A stretch of 64,000 bases of DNA, taken from NCBI GenBank assembly GCA_051362555.1, contig CM120640.1, forward strand, positions 20,336,001 through 20,400,000. Reading direction: 5' to 3'. The stretch is from Lingula anatina. Its lineage: Eukaryota; Animalia; Brachiopoda. A model generated the notes under the pieces. It was not told the origin of the DNA. It saw only the letters and a program-made list of their open reading frames with translations, and ran no database searches. Below, piece by piece: positions 35,076 through 64,000 of the stretch. The translations under genes were made by a program, and so were the position numbers. Position 1 is the stretch's first letter; every line of letters begins with the position of its first letter.

Positions 35076-37871
35076 GAGTATTTCACACCTACCTCCTTTA
35101 AGACCAGTACTCAGCAGGTCTTGGATTAGTTTCAGATATTTGTAGACCAATTTAAGACTGCTGAATCTGAACTGATTTTGAGTGATCAATTTAGAAACAT
35201 GCTTGCCAATTGTATGTACTTTATGATTGCAATTTTTGATAATAAAATTATTAGTTAGAGTTATTATCAAGATATTAACACCCAAGTTGAAAGAAACTTT
35301 GTAGATGTGTTTTGTATGTCTGATAAAATGACTTTTATCTTATTAAAATAATGTTTTTATTATGTACTAGTTGCTTTTTTCTTTTACAATATTTTTGATA
35401 GAAGCATGTATATGTAGATGGTAGACAATTTGGATTCTATGGACATTTTAGCACTCCATGATATTTTATACAAATATCACAATTTTTTATGTAATTTGAG
35501 GTTGCTTGTCCATGCAAATAATAGAAATATCCTAATCCCAGATCACAAATACAGCTACAGTATACAGCTGAACTTGCATATATTTGTGTACACTATAACT
35601 CAGTTAAAAATATGATATTAGGAGCCTGTGAATCTCGGTGTCAATGCTGCTGTTGTGAGATGGGGGGATCTAAGTCAGTCTGAAATCATTTTATAATCAC
35701 ACTGGAAAATTGCACCTACAGAGAATAAGGTCATATAAATGTTGTTTATGCTATACATTTCAACTGTCAAAATGTGTAACATATGGGTTCTATTCGGAAG
35801 TTAAATGAAGGGAGAGTCCAAATGAATTCATAATATGACTTGAAATCTCACTGAAGAATCATGGCAGACATTGTCTATTTTCAAATGCTTTCTTGTATTC
35901 CTTTCAATGTGTGGTCACAAAGACAATTGTTCAAGTTTTTGTCTCTTAAAGCAAAGTAGTTTGCATGTTTAGATTAAGTAAACTGAAAAGCAAATATAAA
36001 GGCAGCTTTAGCTAAGTTTATTTGGTACTAAATATATACCGCACATTTTATTCCAACATTATGCTTCTGCAATAGCTTGTCATTAAGAACATTATATTGG
36101 ACTTTGTATGCAAATATATAGAACCTTGTCACATTACTGAGAAAATACAAATAAATATTTAGTCAAAACACTGAAGTTGGATTTATGGCATCTCTTAGTC
36201 AGTAAATAACAAATGTACACTGTGAAACGCAAAATAACAGACTCAGGATGCTGCAAGTCAAGGTAGTCTTCAAACGTGCAACTCTCCTTTAAATTGCGAT
36301 TAATAACTTACAAATGTGGTGTACAAATTTTCCAGAGCTTTACAGTGTTCACACTTTACTCTCTCCATTAAATCATACACAAACTTATATAAATGATTGA
36401 AATTTAACAGAAATTGACTTGGCACCACCCAATGCAATGACTGGCCTGATCACCATCAATAAATAACTTGAAAATGGGCAGAGTAAATACTTTTTACCAC
36501 ATGAAGGTGCTAAAATTCCCCGATACTGGTAGAAAACCAAATGGCAAAACATGTCATGATTAAGCCATGGTATTCAAGCTGGGTTTGCTTTGTAAAATTT
36601 TGAGCTTAAAAATATAGGCTCTAAAATGACTTGTGCCTTTATAAAAAAAAAGACAAAGATAGGCTTTCAAACCAGGGTGAAAACTACTAAAACAATCACA
36701 GTCCTTTTTGTAATGAATTCCCTTTACACTATTTAATAATGTGCACTTCACTACAAAGCACCTATCATGATGTTTATCTCAATCATTCCATTATGTACAT
36801 ATTTACAAATATTTTGGATTTGCCAGTGAACCAATTAAGCAAAAGATAATTTTCTCGGGATTGTAACCTTTCTCCGTGTTTTTCCTAAGAGAGCAGCACA
36901 CTAGTCCAGCCTATACTTACTGCACATTTTTTCTCTAAAATAAAATTCTTCAACATTTACACAATAAGTTAGCATTCAATGACTTAAAATGATACTGCAT
37001 TCTGCAAATATTTGAGCAAGAGGACAAATTAAACAATAATCCAAAGGCTGTCTGTTGGTACTCCTACAAAATTTGAGGTAGAGAAGCAAAATATGTCTAC
37101 TTGTCATAATCTTCCAAATCGCCACATGAAATTTCTACGATATCTAAAAAAATCCATTTTCAATAAAATATACACTTGATAATATAAACAATGCCATCCT
37201 AAAACTATTTTGGAAAAAATTCAAAGATTAATAAAATTCCACACTCATAACTATAATGCCACAGTGCTATTTATCACAATATTTTAATTTCTTTAACAAA
37301 AATAAAGCATGGGTTGGGTTTTAAACCAAATATGAAACTCCACATGAAAACTATAAGGCATGGACTCTTCCTCAACAGGACCTCTTGAAATTTCCACTGT
37401 GAAATAAATCTTTACACAAAATTGCAAAACGAACATTATATATATAAATATATACTTTAAGGCTGCCATATGTTATAACTACAGTCATTTTTAAATTTTA
37501 TTTTACTATGTGAAGGGCTTGTGCTGTCAATGCAGTTCCTAAACATGATGTTTCAGACAAAAAACAAAAAAGAGATTTTGTCCTGAACAGTTTTCTACCA
37601 TCTTTCCCTGTTCAAGCATCAAAAGGCACGATGCTTCTAACAATTTTCTCAGTTCACTGTACAAAGAAATTTCAATCATGATGAGTTTTTTTCCATTTAG
37701 GTGCACCAATATATCTCCATAAATAAATAAACATTTCAAACAGCAAAGAGCAGTCACCTTCCTTCCAATTTCAGCAACATCTATATTCAGCTCCACTTCA
37801 AGTCCCACTGCTGACATAGAATCTCTCCCTCACAAGATAGTGCAGTAAGTCCATGCCTTTGTCCATAATTG

Positions 37872-62396
<24,525 letters not shown>

Positions 62397-64000
62397 CTAT
62401 AATATAAAATAATTTATATCATTCATCTCAAAAAATCATGGTTTAATATATTTAACATCGTACAATGCTGATTAATCTAAATATTTATCTTATCTATATT
62501 TTTACTCATTTTATGCTATCACTATCCATCTAAACCCACATATTACTATCTTCTTCATCTTTCAAAGTTTGCAAAACAACTTTTGCCAATCTGCCTATCA
62601 CTCTCTGCACGTATCTAGATTGACATCGAGGCATTTCCAAATTTTGTCTAATTTTTTCTTTGGATTGTATCTGGTTATATCTGCCAAACGATACTTGTTT
62701 GTTTGGTCACCAGGTGGACTCACTAAGACGATGATGGCTGGGAAATGGTTGAAATTTCTGAGGTAGCAGTTGTTTTTTCCTTTATTAATTTTCATCATCG
62801 TAGGGCACCTAATGAAATTTGATTTGATCTGATTATAGCAACTATTTATCCGATAACCAGTGCACCATACTTAAAGATAATGATGCTGCAGGGAGGAGAT
62901 TTCGAATTTTTGAGGTAATACTTGTTTTTTCCTCAGAAAATATCCAGCTTCGATGAGCTCACTGCCTTAAAATAATGCCTTAATCTGCATTAATGAGCGC
63001 AGTGATAATAGTACTTATTTATATCTATTACCGGAACTTTTATGTTTCCTTTGATTTGTGCAGTTTAATACTAGACTAATCCAGAAACTGTTCTATAAGA
63101 GGAAAATCGTGGGATAGTCATGCACCTAAATCTTCCCAAATGTCTTTTCAAATAGCCCGCGTCTTAAAGTCTTTATCATGACATAATATATCAGTAATAT
63201 AATTAACAAAAGGAAAATATGCCAAAAACGCATGCCTTAATTCAATGTGGGAAAAAAACATTTATAAAGCATCTTCGAGACTTAAACTTAACATAGTGAT
63301 ACTGATCTTCTAGAGAAAAATTGTTGGGCATACGAAGGAGTACATACACTTGTCATGTATTGGTCAAAAATAAATATAAATGTATTCATCTGAGGCCATG
63401 TGCTCCACTGAAGCCAGCCAGTACAATGGCTTCCCTTTTCCTGAAGCAAGATAAAGTACACTGAACTTCCTAAGCAAGGTAGCCTGCACTTCCTAATGCC
63501 CACAGGTTCCTAGCAGCATGACAGATGCCAGGAAAATAATGGTCAATATTTCAGTCGGGGAACTTTCGAACCAAACAGTTTGCATTACAAATTTCCCAAT
63601 ATCTCAAATATCACCTAAATCTCTGTAATAGGAAAAAAGTTTCAAAAACACATTCAGTCATTTAGCCCCTTAATTAAATACTTTCAGAACAAACTTCCCA
63701 AAATAATGAGTTCACATTCCGATTACAATGTGTGTAACATAAACACAATGGTGTTACTATTGGATGTTGTCTTGGAACAATATGTAACAAGTGTTGCGAT
63801 CCACATTTTTTTTTAAACTCCCAAAATAGAATTCTAATCAAAATCATTCTACTCAAAGTTTGTAAATCAAAATCTTCCCAAGTTGATAAACAGGGTTTTG
63901 AAAAGTTCAACAGGAAAATGGACTGACGTTAATGGGCTACAAATGAAACCTAGAGCTTCATCTTACAAGTGGAAAACCTTGAATCATCAACCAATGGCAC

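Overview
AT-rich, intron-rich animal genomic DNA; the repeat landscape looks mollusc/lophotrochozoan, which is an inference. Most six-frame ORFs are spurious, so genes were rebuilt exon by exon from splice sites. From left to right: (1) a decayed Gypsy integrase interrupted by a Helentron/HINE-like insertion, followed by a minimal type I hammerhead ribozyme and a poly-G MITE; (2) a complete OCRL/INPP5B-family inositol 5-phosphatase gene (minus strand, 27 coding exons, ~932 aa) with three U12 minor-spliceosome introns, two of them AT-AC; (3) a head-to-head gene for a stand-alone AK5-like dimerization/docking-domain protein; (4) two divergent, uncharacterised paralogous ~9-TM membrane-protein genes (296 and 299 aa) with the same six-exon structure, an internal 4-TM duplication and a shared ACGT/CRE-rich promoter, whose introns hold a CMC/EnSpm-like element with a nested LTR element and a hAT derivative with a 6-bp TSD; (5) the 3' part of a MAP3K5/15 (ASK) kinase gene on the minus strand, running off the right end. 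Coordinates were counted by hand and may be off by a few bases.
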